Assembly (NCBI GenBank): GCA_965221655.1
Contig: OZ244906.1
Coordinates: 18,324 to 82,323 of the forward strand
Reading direction: 5' to 3'
Source of the DNA: a bacterium
Lineage (GTDB): Bacteria > UBA8248
Length of the DNA stretch: 64,000 nucleotides
Shown: piece after piece, positions 1-10,265 of the stretch
Position numbering within the stretch: position 1 is the first letter of the stretch
How the letters are laid out: the number at the start of each line of letters is the position of its first letter
Position numbers and translations under genes: made by a program
Notes under the pieces: model-generated
Seen by the model: only the letters and a program-made list of their open reading frames with translations
Told to the model about the DNA's origin: nothing
Databases searched by the model: none

Positions 1-115
1 ATGTCATAGCGCAAGTCCTTCAAGACTTTATCCTTTTCTGTATGTAGCTTGTTTCACTCCCCACAAAAAACCGGCGCGCCTCGTGTGAGGAGACGCGCCG
101 GGTGTGCAGCCTTGC

Positions 116-904
116 CTAGCGGGGGAAGCGGCTGAAGTCGGGGGGTCTTTTCTCCTTGAATGCCGTCATGCCCTCGACGGACTGCTCGTTGTTCCACACG
201 GCGTTGAGCAGTTCGCTGCCGTGCATCCACGAGGGGTAGTGGAGGTCGCCCAGGAAGTTGAGGTTCGTCTTCATGTAGCGCAGCGTGGCCGGGGCGTGGG
301 AGTTGATGGTGGCGCACCACTCCTCGGTCGTCTTCTCGAGGTCCGCGTCGGGCACGACCTCGTTGATGAGGCCGACCTCCTTCGCCTCCTGGGCGGAGTA
401 GCGCTTGGCCATGAACAGCATCTCGCGCGCCCTGCGATCTCCCATGAGGAGGGGGAGGTACTGCGTCGCGCCCACCACGGGGAGTGCGCCCACGCGCGCG
501 CCCGACTGGCCGAACGTCGCGTTTTCGCTGGCGATGCACAAATCGCAATACAGCTGCCACTCGTTGCCCCCGCCGATGCACCAGCCGCGCACCATGGCGA
601 TGGTGGGCTTGCCCGAGTTTCTGAGCGTCATGCACAGGCGGCGCATCTTGTTGTTCCAGATGTGGCCGGTCTGGTAGTTGAGGCCGAGCATCATGTCCAT
701 GTCGCCGCCCGAGGAGAAGTTCCCGTTCAGGCCGTAGAGCACGCCCACGCCGATGTCGGGGTCCTCGTCGAGCCGCGTGAAAGCCTCGATGACCTCGTTG
801 ATCATCTGAAAGTTCATCGCGTTGAGCGTCTTGGGGCGGTCGAGCCCCACCCACAGGGTTTTGTCCCGCACCTCTACGACGGTTGCTTTTTCGGACATCT
901 GCAA
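116..904 (-). CDS. Crotonase/enoyl-CoA hydratase family protein (MenB/BadI-like)
   Basis: FSSGGD and GWCIGGGNE oxyanion-hole motifs; C-terminal EGMTAFKEKRPPDF typical of crotonases. Confidence 0.85.
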   Translation of the reverse strand: MQMSEKATVVEVRDKTLWVGLDRPKTLNAMNFQMINEVIEAFTRLDEDPDIGVGVLYGLNGNFSSGGDMDMMLGLNYQTGHIWNNKMRRLCMTLRNSGKPTIAMVRGWCIGGGNEWQLYCDLCIASENATFGQSGARVGALPVVGATQYLPLLMGDRRAREMLFMAKRYSAQEAKEVGLINEVVPDADLEKTTEEWCATINSHAPATLRYMKTNLNFLGDLHYPSWMHGSELLNAVWNNEQSVEGMTAFKEKRPPDFSRFPR

Positions 905-1021
905 AATCTCCTTCTCGCCCGCGCAAGGGGCGCATCGTTGAATGGAAGCGCTTCGCGTCTCGCTCGCTCAAGAGGCGGCATTCTCACACACGCGCGGCGC
1001 ATTTTCCAGCAAAGGCGCTCC

Positions 1022-1858
1022 TCAGCCCATCCACGCCAGAAAGCCCTTGTAGAGCAGCTGCAGGGAGACGAGCGTGAGCAGCACCGCCAGAACGCGCGTG
1101 AGCGTGGTGGACTTCACCCGGTGCGATATGGCCGCGCCGATTTGCGCCCCCGCGATGGTGCCCACCGCCAGGGGCAGAATCAGGTTCGTCATCGCGTGGA
1201 GGTTGCCGTGGAAGAAGTGCACCACCACGGCGAGGGCGGTGGTGAACAAGAGCTCGCACTGCGAGGTGGCGGTGGCGACGTGGGGGGGGATGCGCAGCAC
1301 CCGTATCATCACGGGCACGTGGATGGGGCCGCCCCCGATGCCCAGAAAACTCGCCAGAAAGCCGATGATCGAACTCAGAAAAACGCCGAGCCGGAACCGA
1401 AAGCCGTATTCGTAGACCCGGCCCGCGCTGTCGACGATGCGCCTGTACGTCAGGGCGGCGAGTCCGCTCTTTTGCTCGCGCGTCGCCTCAAGAGGCGGCG
1501 GCGGGTTGATGATGGAGATGCAAAGCGCGAGCAGGGCGAGGCCGAGCAGTGCGTCGAACGGCCCGCGCGCGACCTCGCTCGTGGCGTAGACGCCGATGAC
1601 GACCCAGGGCGCTCCCGCCAGGGCGAAGATCGCGCTGGTCTTGATGTCGATGCGCCCCATGCGGTAGTAGGCGATGGAGCCCGAAAGTGCGTTCAGGCAC
1701 ACCACGCTCAGCGAGGTGGCGGCGATGACCTCGGAGGGCTGATCGGTGAAAAGCAACAGGAGCAGGGGCGTGAGGATGAAGCCGCCGCCCGCGCCCACCA
1801 GCGTGCCGAGCAGGCCGATTCCCAGTCCTATCGCCAGAAATTGCGTGAAGAAGAGCAT
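1022..1858 (-). CDS. TauE/SafE (TSUP) family sulfite exporter-like membrane protein
   Basis: Repeated GxGGG motifs (GAGGGFIL, GIGGGPIHVP), ATATS, about 8 hydrophobic segments; start trimmed to MLFFTQF. Confidence 0.85.
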   Translation of the reverse strand: MLFFTQFLAIGLGIGLLGTLVGAGGGFILTPLLLLLFTDQPSEVIAATSLSVVCLNALSGSIAYYRMGRIDIKTSAIFALAGAPWVVIGVYATSEVARGPFDALLGLALLALCISIINPPPPLEATREQKSGLAALTYRRIVDSAGRVYEYGFRFRLGVFLSSIIGFLASFLGIGGGPIHVPVMIRVLRIPPHVATATSQCELLFTTALAVVVHFFHGNLHAMTNLILPLAVGTIAGAQIGAAISHRVKSTTLTRVLAVLLTLVSLQLLYKGFLAWMG

Positions 1859-2101
1859 CGACGTTCCTTTCCCGCACACGAAGGGCGTGAGCGCGAGGGA
1901 AGCACCTCGCCCGGGTTCGCGTCGGCTATTGGTTTGGGGGCTGCGCAACGGCGGCGATTCTAGTACAGCGCGCGGACGAAAGAAAGAGACCCAGGCGTGC
2001 GCCGCGCCTCGCGGCGGGTGCGGCTGCTCGCGGGTGGTTTCGCCAAACGGGTGCGGGGGGTGTAGAATGTTCCCCAATTATCCTCTTGGGGAGAGACGCA
2101 C

Positions 2102-3175
2102 ATGACGGTTCCACTCGATACTCCGGTGGTGACGCGGGCCGAGAAGTTTCGCGGCGTTCTGGATTCCGATGAGGCGGCGGCCTACCGCGCACTGCAGGAG
2201 ACAAAACGCGAATACCCCGAAGCACAGCCTCCGCCGCTGCGTCCGCCCCGCCTGGTGCGCGCGGGCAGGAGCCTCGTCGCCATGGTGCGCGCCGAGACGC
2301 GCGAGGCCGCCGTGCGCCTGGCCGTCGAGAAGCTGGGCGGCATCCGGCGCGTCGTGCCCCATCCCGCGCCGGTGCTCCTCAAGCCCAACTTCAATTCGGC
2401 CGACCCGTTTCCGGCCTCCACGCATCCCGACACCCTCGAAACCGTGGTCGCGCTTTTTCAGGAGGCGGGCTGTACGGACCTGGCGGTGGGCGAGATGGGA
2501 GGTCTCCTCTCCCTGCCCGCGCGCGGGAACTTCGAGCGCTGGGGGATGGGCGACTTCCAGGAGAGGACGGGCGTGGGTGTTTTGCGTTTTGATGAGGAAC
2601 CCTGGGTGCGCGCGCGCGTTCCCGAGGCGATTCGCTGGGGCGGGTGGGTGCACTGCATCGAACGCCTTTTGCAGCCTGATCAGCTCGTCGTCAACCTGCC
2701 GACCATGAAGAGCCACGGCGGCGGGCCGCGCTTCAGCCTCTCGCTCAAGAACGTGTATGGCTTCGTGCATCCCAGAGATCGCGTTCGCGCCCACTTCGTC
2801 CCCCAGATGGCGGAGATGATCATGGAGACGAACATGCTCTACTCCCCCGCGCTGATCGTGCTCGACGGCACGAAGTGCTGGGTATCGGGCGGCCCCTACA
2901 CGGGCGAGGAGCGCGCGCCGAACGTCATCATCGCGGGCGACGACCGCATTGCCGTGGATGTCGTGGGGGCGTCGGTGGTGCGCGCCATGGGTTCGGAACT
3001 CCTGCGCGACTATCCCGTCTGGTCGCACCGCCAGATCAGGCGCGCGGTGGAGCTGGGTCTGGGTGCGCGCGAACCGGGCGCGGTGGAGCTTTTGGCGGAA
3101 GACGCGACGGGGAGTGCGGATTTCGCGGCTCTGGCCGAGCAGGTGGAGACGTTCATCCGCGAGCCCGCCGACTGA
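2102..3175 (+). CDS. DUF362 domain-containing protein
   Basis: [26 protein letters not shown] and DRIAVD motifs. Confidence 0.8.
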   Translation: MTVPLDTPVVTRAEKFRGVLDSDEAAAYRALQETKREYPEAQPPPLRPPRLVRAGRSLVAMVRAETREAAVRLAVEKLGGIRRVVPHPAPVLLKPNFNSADPFPASTHPDTLETVVALFQEAGCTDLAVGEMGGLLSLPARGNFERWGMGDFQERTGVGVLRFDEEPWVRARVPEAIRWGGWVHCIERLLQPDQLVVNLPTMKSHGGGPRFSLSLKNVYGFVHPRDRVRAHFVPQMAEMIMETNMLYSPALIVLDGTKCWVSGGPYTGEERAPNVIIAGDDRIAVDVVGASVVRAMGSELLRDYPVWSHRQIRRAVELGLGAREPGAVELLAEDATGSADFAALAEQVETFIREPAD

Positions 3176-3203
3176 GGAGGACTCGGGGGGCGTTCGGTTC
3201 GCG

Positions 3204-3232
3204 TTGACGCCATTGCGCGGTTCGGCTACATT
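3204..3232 (+). promoter_or_regulatory. Putative sigma70 promoter for tRNA-Ala
   Basis: TTGACG-17 nt-TACATT about 45 nt upstream of the tRNA. Confidence 0.55.
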
Positions 3233-3275
3233 TTTCGTCCGCGCCCCCCGGCGCCAAAAGCGGGGGCTTTTGCAT

Positions 3276-3351
3276 GGGGCTGTAGCTCAGCTGGGAGAGC
3301 GCATGACTGGCAGTCATGAGGTCAGGGGTTCGATCCCCCTCAGCTCCACCA
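3276..3351 (+). tRNA. tRNA-Ala (GGC)
   Basis: GGGGCTGTAGCTCAG...; anticodon arm CATGA-CTGGCAG-TCATG; GGTTCGATCC T-loop; 3' CCA encoded; G3:U70 pair. Confidence 0.97.
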
Positions 3352-3408
3352 GAAAATGGACGGGCTACGGGAGTTTTTGATTCTCCGGGTTCTCTTTGCG
3401 GCCCGCGG

Positions 3409-3918
3409 TCATTTATCGGTATCCGATATTTGCTTTTCTTCTTTTTCCTTTTCCCTTTCCAGTTTTTGAAGCATCTCTTTTTTCAACTCTTGATACTTCC
3501 TCTTGACGTGCTCGGGAGCCGAATCACGAGGCTCCATGATGACGCTTACCTTGCTGGGATATTCTTGCGCCGCTCCACTCGCGATATCGACAAAGATTCC
3601 GATGCCCCCGCCCAGTATGACGTTTCCCAGTGTTGCGGAAGTCATGTTTTCATCAAATGTGTGTGTCGTTTTCTTGAAACCCTTTTTCTCGCAGGTCAGG
3701 ACGATGGGGCCGTCTCCTTTATGCACCGTTGTCGCGGTTGGGGTCTGGGGCCAGTGGTATTTCCTTCCCCTTTTGTCGATCCCTCTGCATGAGGCATTTT
3801 CCGCATTGACCACATCGACGGTAATGCTCTGAGAAGTTCCCGAAACGATGGTTGCACATCCGGAAGCGAGCAAAGAAACAACAAACGACACAGCCAGAAT
3901 TTTACGCGCAATTCCCAT
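3409..3918 (-). CDS. Putative lipoprotein (uncharacterised)
   Basis: Signal peptide with lipobox LASGC, followed by [11 protein letters not shown]; glycine-rich [14 protein letters not shown]; visibly lower GC than the flanks. Confidence 0.75.
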   Translation of the reverse strand: MGIARKILAVSFVVSLLASGCATIVSGTSQSITVDVVNAENASCRGIDKRGRKYHWPQTPTATTVHKGDGPIVLTCEKKGFKKTTHTFDENMTSATLGNVILGGGIGIFVDIASGAAQEYPSKVSVIMEPRDSAPEHVKRKYQELKKEMLQKLEREKEKEEKQISDTDK

Positions 3919-4212
3919 TTTTTAACCTCTCTCCCGTTTCTGTCGGTAGCCCTGCTTGGCAGGGCCTCTTCTTACCCATATCTTGCATCTTTTAAGCACA
4001 TAAGGCTCAAATAAATCAACTTTCAGCGCAAATAATGCATGGACGGGAATGAACGGCGCGCAAACCGGGGGCGTCGACGCCTGCCCGTGCGGGAGGCGTT
4101 TTTGCGGGAGCGGTCCAAAAGTGCTACTAATAATCCGTCAACAGGCTCTGCACTCGCGTTGTCTTTCCCCGGAGAAAGCGTCTTCTTCCGGTGAGGAGGT
4201 GCGTACGAACCC

Positions 4213-5181
4213 ATGAACGAAACCGAAAAATTCCACTTCGGCTACCTCCTGCCCACGCGCGGCGTCGTCGTGGCGGCGGGCGGTGCGGCCCCGGATACCG
4301 ACCCCATCTTCTCCCTCGCCCGAAAGGCGGAGGCTCTCGGCCTCGATTCCCTGTGGCTGGGCGACAGCGTGCTCGCCAAGCCGCGCATGGAGAGCTTCAC
4401 GACCTGGGCGGCGGTTCTCGCCTCGACCGAGCGCGTCCAGGTGGGTACGGCGGTGATGCTGGCGGCCCTGCGCCACCCGGTCATGCTCGCCCAGTCGGTG
4501 AGCACGCTCGATTGCATGTTCCCGGGGCGCGTGCTCCCCGGTTTGGGCGTGGGGCGCACCGACCTCAAGTTTGAGTTCGAAACCTTGGGCGTGCCGCTCA
4601 ACGAACGCGCGCGGCGTTTTTCGGAAACCGTGGAGATACTCAAGCTGCTCCTGGCCGAGTCCCGCGCGGACTACGCGGGCAAACATTTCTCCTTTAGCGG
4701 CGTGGAGCTCGAACCGAGGCCACGCACCCCCGGCGGCCCGCCGATTTGGCTCTCCAGCAACCTGGTGGATTCGGGCCTGCGGCGCGTGGCGCGCTTTGCC
4801 GACGGCTGGATAACGAACTCGATTACGCCGGATCTCTACCGCCAGTGCTGGGAGAAGATATGCGCCTACGCCGGGGAGGTGGGCAGGGACGAGGAGATCC
4901 AGGCCATTCCCCAGTGTCTTTACGTCACCATGAACGTCAATCCCGACGGGGCGAAGGCCGAGGCGCAGTGCGGGGAGTTTCTGGCGAAGTACTACCACAA
5001 GACTTTCGATGAGGTGCGCAAGCAGCTGCTCGTCCTCGCGGGCGACGGCGACCGCGTGGAAGAGCAACTCCGCGAATACGTGCGCGAGGGTGCGCGCGTG
5101 TTCATCGTGCGCTTCGCGGGCGGCAGCCAGGAGGAGCAACTCGAGAACTTCGTCTCTGAACTCCTGCCGAGGTTCAGGTAG
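4213..5181 (+). CDS. LLM-class flavin/F420-dependent oxidoreductase
   Basis: GLDSLWLGDS, GTAV, LRHPVMLAQ, GLGVG, PPIW, ADGW motifs; GAGGAGG RBS. Confidence 0.9.
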   Translation: MNETEKFHFGYLLPTRGVVVAAGGAAPDTDPIFSLARKAEALGLDSLWLGDSVLAKPRMESFTTWAAVLASTERVQVGTAVMLAALRHPVMLAQSVSTLDCMFPGRVLPGLGVGRTDLKFEFETLGVPLNERARRFSETVEILKLLLAESRADYAGKHFSFSGVELEPRPRTPGGPPIWLSSNLVDSGLRRVARFADGWITNSITPDLYRQCWEKICAYAGEVGRDEEIQAIPQCLYVTMNVNPDGAKAEAQCGEFLAKYYHKTFDEVRKQLLVLAGDGDRVEEQLREYVREGARVFIVRFAGGSQEEQLENFVSELLPRFR

Positions 5182-6366
5182 ATGGTGCTCGAAAACGGAA
5201 CGGGCGCGTCCCGAGAGGAAATTGCAGGGCGCATCACCGAGGCGCGCGCACTCATGCGCGAGGCGCAGCTCGAGGTTCTCCTCGTCGTGGGCCGCTCGTT
5301 CTACGACCGCATGGGCAGCCTCACCTACCTCACCAACCATTTTCCGCCGTTTCCGCCCGGAGCGTTCAGCGACACCGTGCGCGGCATGGGGCACGGGGTG
5401 CTCGTCCTTCCGGCGGAGGGCGAGCCGCTGCTCTTCGTGGATCACCGCAACTATCGCCGCGAGATGGTGCACGTCGACGCGGTGCAGGTGGAGGCGAACA
5501 TTTCCGCAGGCGTCGTCGCACGGCTCGAACGCCTCGGGGCCGCGCGCGCGCGGGTGGGCATCGCGGGCGAGGACATCATGCCCGCGACGATGTTCATCGA
5601 TCTCGCCACCGCCCTGCCCGAGGCGCAGTTCTCCAACGCGAACGCCCTGGTGGAGCAGTTGCGGGCGCGCAAGAGCGAGACCGAGGTGGCCTACCTCAAG
5701 CGCGCGGCCGAAATCGTCGAGGCGGGCTACGCGGCGATTTTCGGGGCGATTCGCCCCGGCGTGCGCGAGAGCGACCTGTGCGCCGAGGGCCACGCGGCGG
5801 GTATGCGCGCAGGTGCTGACTTCGTTCGCTACGTTCGCGTACACAGCGGGCCTTGGGCGAGCTGGGGTTCGCGCTGGCCGCAGGCGACGCAGCGCAAGGT
5901 AGAGGCGGGCGACCTGATTCGCTTCGACTACGTGGGTGCGGTGGAGGGCTACGGGTTCGACGTGAACCGCACCGCCGTGGTGCCCGGAAAGAAGATCGCG
6001 CGCGAGGTCGAGGAGATGCTCGAACTCACCATCGCCACCTCGGAGGCGGCGATGGGTGCGGTGCGCGCAGGCGCGAAAGCCTTAGACGCCCACGCCGCGG
6101 CGAGCCGCTTTCTCGACGAGAACGCGGAGGGGGCAGGGCGTCACCTCTTCCCCATGGCGGGCCACGGCATCGGGCTCGAAACCGTGGAGGCGCCCATCAT
6201 CCGCCCCGACAACGATATGGTTTTAGAGCGCAACATGGTGCTTTGCGTGGAGCCGCAGTTCGTTCTGCCCGAGGTGGGGGGTACGAACATCGAGCAGATG
6301 GTGCTCGTGACGGAGGCGGGCTGCGAGCTCCTCACCCAGACGACCACGCGCCCCTGGGCGGAGTAG
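5182..6366 (+). CDS. M24 family (Xaa-Pro peptidase/creatinase-like) metallohydrolase
   Basis: RARKSETE; D..D (FDYVGAVEGYGFDVNRT), GHGIGL, VEP and IEQ metal ligands. Confidence 0.88.
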   Translation: MVLENGTGASREEIAGRITEARALMREAQLEVLLVVGRSFYDRMGSLTYLTNHFPPFPPGAFSDTVRGMGHGVLVLPAEGEPLLFVDHRNYRREMVHVDAVQVEANISAGVVARLERLGAARARVGIAGEDIMPATMFIDLATALPEAQFSNANALVEQLRARKSETEVAYLKRAAEIVEAGYAAIFGAIRPGVRESDLCAEGHAAGMRAGADFVRYVRVHSGPWASWGSRWPQATQRKVEAGDLIRFDYVGAVEGYGFDVNRTAVVPGKKIAREVEEMLELTIATSEAAMGAVRAGAKALDAHAAASRFLDENAEGAGRHLFPMAGHGIGLETVEAPIIRPDNDMVLERNMVLCVEPQFVLPEVGGTNIEQMVLVTEAGCELLTQTTTRPWAE

Positions 6367-6478
6367 CGCGCGCAGGCCGTTTTTCTGCGCTTCGTAACGG
6401 GCTCGTAACGTTCGCGTGAGACGCTCCGGGCCGACGCGGTGCTTTCGAAAAGCCGTCTCGTGAAGGGATGGAGGTTTC

Positions 6479-8350
6479 ATGAAGCGGTTCCTGACCCCGG
6501 TTGCGGTGTTGGCCATCGTCTGGTCGGCCATCCAGCTCTACTGGGCCTTTTTCGGGATGTTGCACGTCTTTACGGCGCGGCCGCTTCACTTAAGCTTCGC
6601 CCTGGGCATCGTCTTCCTCACGCGGCCGTTTCGCAAGGGAGGGCAAATCAGCGCGCTCGACTACGCGCTGAGCGCCCTGGCCATGGGCATCGCGCTTCTC
6701 TACCTGTGGGAGTGGAACTTCCTCAACGAGCGCATACGCGACGTGGACGAGGTGCCCCCCCGCTACATCTACCTGGGGCTCGCCTACATCCTGCTCACCG
6801 TCGAGGCTTCGCGGCGCTACCTCGGCTGGGGCGTCACCTCGGTCGCCGTCGTGGCCCTCGTCTACAATTTTCTGGGCCACCTGATTCCGGGCGCACTGGG
6901 GCACCGCTTCATCGCGCTTCCCTCCTTCATCGAGTTTCAAATCCTGAGCGTCGAGGGGCTTTTGGGCGTTCCCCTGGGCGTGAGCGCCGAGGTGGTGTTC
7001 TACTTCGTGCTCTTCTCGGCGGCGCTCGAGGTCTCGGGGGGAGGGCGCATGTTCATCGATCTGGCGATTCGCCTCACGGGCAGGTTCCGGGGCGGGCCGG
7101 CCAAGGCGGCCATCGTGAGCAGCAGCCTCATGGGCACCATCAGCGGGAGTGCGACGGCGAACGTCGTGGGCACGGGCATCTTCACCATCCCGCTGATGAA
7201 GCGCCTGGGCTTCGCCCCGCACTACGCGGGCGCGGTGGAGGCAGTGGCCTCCACGGGGGGGCAGCTCATGCCGCCCATCATGGGGGCCGGCGCCTTCATT
7301 CTCGCCGACCTCACGGGCACCCCCTATCTGCGGGTGGCGGCGGCGGCGTTCATCCCGGCCGTCATCTATTACGTCTCGCTGTTCTGCATGGTCGACCTGG
7401 AGGCGAAAAAGCTGAACCTGCGGGGTCTGACCAAAGAGGAGATGCCCGAACTCGGGGCCATCCTCGCGGAGCGCGGGCTCCTGCTGCTGCCCATCCTCCT
7501 TCTGTTGGGCTACATGGTCGCGGGCTTTACGCTGATGTGGTCGGCCACCTCGGCGGCCATCGGCGTGGTCGTGCTCAGCTGGGTGCGGCAAGAGACGCGC
7601 ATGGGGCTCCACCGCATACTCGAGGCACTCGAGAAGGCCGGGCGCATGACGGTTCCCGTCGCCGTTCCCTGCGCGATCGCGGGCGTGGTGGTCGGCGTGG
7701 TCGACGACACGGGCATCGGCCTCAAGTTCTCGGGCCTCATCGTCAACATATCGGGGGGAGTGGTGCTGCCCGCGTTGGGGCTGACGCTTCTGGGCTGCAT
7801 CGTCATGGGCATGGGGATGCCCACTGCCGCCGCCTACATCATGGCGGGCACGCTGCTGGGACCCGCGTTGTCCAAGCTGGGCATACCCCTTCTGGCGGCG
7901 CACATGTTCATCTACTATTTCGCCATTCTCTCGATGCTGACGCCGCCGGTGGCGCTTTCGGCCTACGTCGCCTCGGGCGTGGCGCGCTCGGACCTGAACG
8001 CCACGGGCTGGAAGGCGTTCCAGCTCTCTTTGGCGGGATTTCTCATCCCCTTTGCGTTCGTATATAATCCCTCGATGCTCTTCCTCGGCACGCTGGGCGA
8101 GACTTTGTGGATATCGCTCACCTGCATCGTCGGCGTGGCGGCGCTGGCGGCGGCGCTCACCGGGCACGTATCCATTCCCCTGGCGGGCTGGGAGCGGGGT
8201 GTGTTTTTCGTTTGTTCGCTGGGGCTGATCGTGCCCGAGAAGCTTACGGACCTGATCGGCTTCGTTTTGTTGGTTGTCGTTTTCTGGCGCCATCTCTCGC
8301 GCGCGCGAAGGAGCGCTCTCGCCGCAGAATCGGCGGGTTCGGTTTCCTGA
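6479..8350 (+). CDS. TRAP transporter fused 4TM/12TM permease
   Basis: GGPAKAAIVSS, SGSATANV, ASTGGQLMPPIMGAGAF, GMGMPT and TPPVA motifs. Confidence 0.93.
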   Translation: MKRFLTPVAVLAIVWSAIQLYWAFFGMLHVFTARPLHLSFALGIVFLTRPFRKGGQISALDYALSALAMGIALLYLWEWNFLNERIRDVDEVPPRYIYLGLAYILLTVEASRRYLGWGVTSVAVVALVYNFLGHLIPGALGHRFIALPSFIEFQILSVEGLLGVPLGVSAEVVFYFVLFSAALEVSGGGRMFIDLAIRLTGRFRGGPAKAAIVSSSLMGTISGSATANVVGTGIFTIPLMKRLGFAPHYAGAVEAVASTGGQLMPPIMGAGAFILADLTGTPYLRVAAAAFIPAVIYYVSLFCMVDLEAKKLNLRGLTKEEMPELGAILAERGLLLLPILLLLGYMVAGFTLMWSATSAAIGVVVLSWVRQETRMGLHRILEALEKAGRMTVPVAVPCAIAGVVVGVVDDTGIGLKFSGLIVNISGGVVLPALGLTLLGCIVMGMGMPTAAAYIMAGTLLGPALSKLGIPLLAAHMFIYYFAILSMLTPPVALSAYVASGVARSDLNATGWKAFQLSLAGFLIPFAFVYNPSMLFLGTLGETLWISLTCIVGVAALAAALTGHVSIPLAGWERGVFFVCSLGLIVPEKLTDLIGFVLLVVVFWRHLSRARRSALAAESAGSVS

Positions 8351-8403
8351 GCGCATCAGGGGCAAGGCACGCAGGCGTTCTTCCCACAGAGGAGTCTTTC
8401 GAC

Positions 8404-9381
8404 ATGAAGCGCACATCCTGGAAAACGGTACTTGTTCTCGCGGCGCTCATCGGAGCGTTCACGGCCACCCAGGTCGAGGCGGCCAAGCGCCTCACCATGG
8501 GCAGTTGGAGAAAGGGCAGCGGCTGGCACGTCTACTCGGCCACGATGGCGAACATCGTGAACAACGCGAAAATCGGCGTGCAGATGGACGCCCTCTCCAA
8601 GGGCGGCGGCGTCGGCAATCCCGTGAACGTCGGCACCGGCAAGTTCAACACCGCGCTCACCTTCAGCGTGGCGGCGGCCTGGGCCCACCAGGGCAAGGTG
8701 GCCTACAAGAAGCCCTACAAGAACCTCCGCGGGCTGATGGGCGGGCTGGATCAGTACTACCTGGGCATCGTCACCACGAACCCGAAGGTGAACATGATCA
8801 CCGACCTCAAGAAGGTGCCCGTCAACTACGTGACGGTGCCGCGCGGCGGGCTGGGCCAGTGGGCCACGCGCGCCATGCTCGGAGCACACGGCGTCACCTA
8901 CGAGGGCATCAAGAAGATGGGTGGTTCGGTCACGCATACCGGTTTCGGGGCGATCAAGAGCCGGATGAAGGACGGCCAGGCCGACATGCTGAGCCACACC
9001 GTGAACGCGGGACACCCCGCGCTCACCTCCATCGCGGTGCAGAAGAAGCTGAAATTCCTCGAAATCGACGACGCCTACCGCGACAAGCTGCTGGGCATCG
9101 GCTTCCTCAAGGCCACCATGCCCGCGAAAACCTTCCCCGGGCAGGAGCAGGCGAGGAAGACGTTCGGCTTCACCACCGCCGTCATCACCTCCACCGCCAT
9201 GGACAACGACACGGCCTACAAAATCGTGAAGGCCCTGTTCGACAACGTGAAGGACCTGCGGGCCGGCCACAAGGGTCTCAGAAACTTCGACCCCGCGAAG
9301 ACGGGCTGCAAACAATCGCAGATGGGCGTGCCGCTCCACGACGGCGCCGCGCGCTACTGCAAGGAGAAGGGCTGGAACTAG
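8404..9381 (+). CDS. TAXI-family TRAP solute-binding protein
   Basis: Signal peptide; GGGVGN; C-terminal PLHDGAARY; adjacent to the fused TRAP permease. Confidence 0.9.
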   Translation: MKRTSWKTVLVLAALIGAFTATQVEAAKRLTMGSWRKGSGWHVYSATMANIVNNAKIGVQMDALSKGGGVGNPVNVGTGKFNTALTFSVAAAWAHQGKVAYKKPYKNLRGLMGGLDQYYLGIVTTNPKVNMITDLKKVPVNYVTVPRGGLGQWATRAMLGAHGVTYEGIKKMGGSVTHTGFGAIKSRMKDGQADMLSHTVNAGHPALTSIAVQKKLKFLEIDDAYRDKLLGIGFLKATMPAKTFPGQEQARKTFGFTTAVITSTAMDNDTAYKIVKALFDNVKDLRAGHKGLRNFDPAKTGCKQSQMGVPLHDGAARYCKEKGWN

Positions 9382-9388
9382 CGCACCC

Positions 9389-9431
9389 CCGCTCCCGTCG
9401 TCCCTCCGGGGGCGGCGGGAGCGGAGTTTTC
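9389..9431 (+). terminator. GC-rich hairpin followed by T-run (terminator or mRNA-stabilising stem)
   Basis: CCGCTCCCGTCGTCCC-TCCG-GGGGCGGCGGGAGCGG followed by AGTTTT. Confidence 0.55.
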
Positions 9432-9462
9432 TGAAACCGGCCGTGCCGCACGGGGGAACGTC

Positions 9463-10254
9463 ATGCCCTACCGCTTCGTCGATCTCACGCTCACCGTCGA
9501 CCCCAAGGACACCTACGTACAGTTTCCGCGCGACGAGATATACGACAAGCCCGCACCGGGCACGACCATCACCCCCATCGCGACGCTCGACGTGGACCAC
9601 ATCTGCAACTTCGGCTTCGCCACCACGACGCAAAGCTACACGCACTACGACGCCCCCTATCACTTCTTCCACGACGGGCTGAAGAACGACGAGCTGCCGC
9701 TCGACCACGTCTGCGGCGACGCCTGCGTGCTCAAGGTGCCGGGCAAGGGCAACTCCGAGGCCGTGACGGCCGAGGACCTCGAGGCCACGGGCGTGGAGGT
9801 GCGCCCCGGCGACATCGCCATCGTCAGCACCGAGTGGACGGACCGGATGTGGGGGTCGCGCGACTTTTGGGAGCACATGGTCTACCTCTCGACCGACGCG
9901 GCGGACTGGCTCATCGACAAGGGCATCAAGGCCCTCGTGCAGGATTTCATGACGTGCGACTCGCCGCTCTACCCGCCCGAGGAGCGCAAGTGGCCCGCCC
10001 CGAACTGGAGCCCCAACCACATCAAGTTTCTTGAGCGCGGCATCTGCCTCATCGAGTGGTGCACGAACATGGGTGCGATTCGCAAGGAGCGCGTCCTGCT
10101 CGTCACGGGTGCGATGAAGCTCAAGGATACCGAGGGCGCGCCCGCGCGCGTCATCGCCATCGAGTTCTGGGACGAGGAGCAGCCCCGCGAGGGCGCCCCC
10201 CCGCTGCCCCCCATCGAGAACCCCTACACGGACCGCGGCTCCTGGGCCAAATAG
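9463..10254 (+). CDS. Cyclase family (kynurenine formamidase-like) metallohydrolase
   Basis: VDLT, THYDAPYH, PGDI, IEW and GAPARVIA motifs. Confidence 0.85.
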   Translation: MPYRFVDLTLTVDPKDTYVQFPRDEIYDKPAPGTTITPIATLDVDHICNFGFATTTQSYTHYDAPYHFFHDGLKNDELPLDHVCGDACVLKVPGKGNSEAVTAEDLEATGVEVRPGDIAIVSTEWTDRMWGSRDFWEHMVYLSTDAADWLIDKGIKALVQDFMTCDSPLYPPEERKWPAPNWSPNHIKFLERGICLIEWCTNMGAIRKERVLLVTGAMKLKDTEGAPARVIAIEFWDEEQPREGAPPLPPIENPYTDRGSWAK

Positions 10255-10265
10255 GGAGACGCGAC

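Noticed and set aside
116-904. Assigning menB or badI
   Set aside because: Crotonase motifs are clear, but there is no men or bad gene context in the window to fix the specific function.
104-1963. Long alternative-frame ORFs here and throughout (e.g. 6590-8416, 16146-18299, 27118-29628, 51168-53753)
   Set aside because: Antisense or shifted shadows of well-supported genes in GC-rich DNA; Arg/Ala/Gly-rich with no family motifs.
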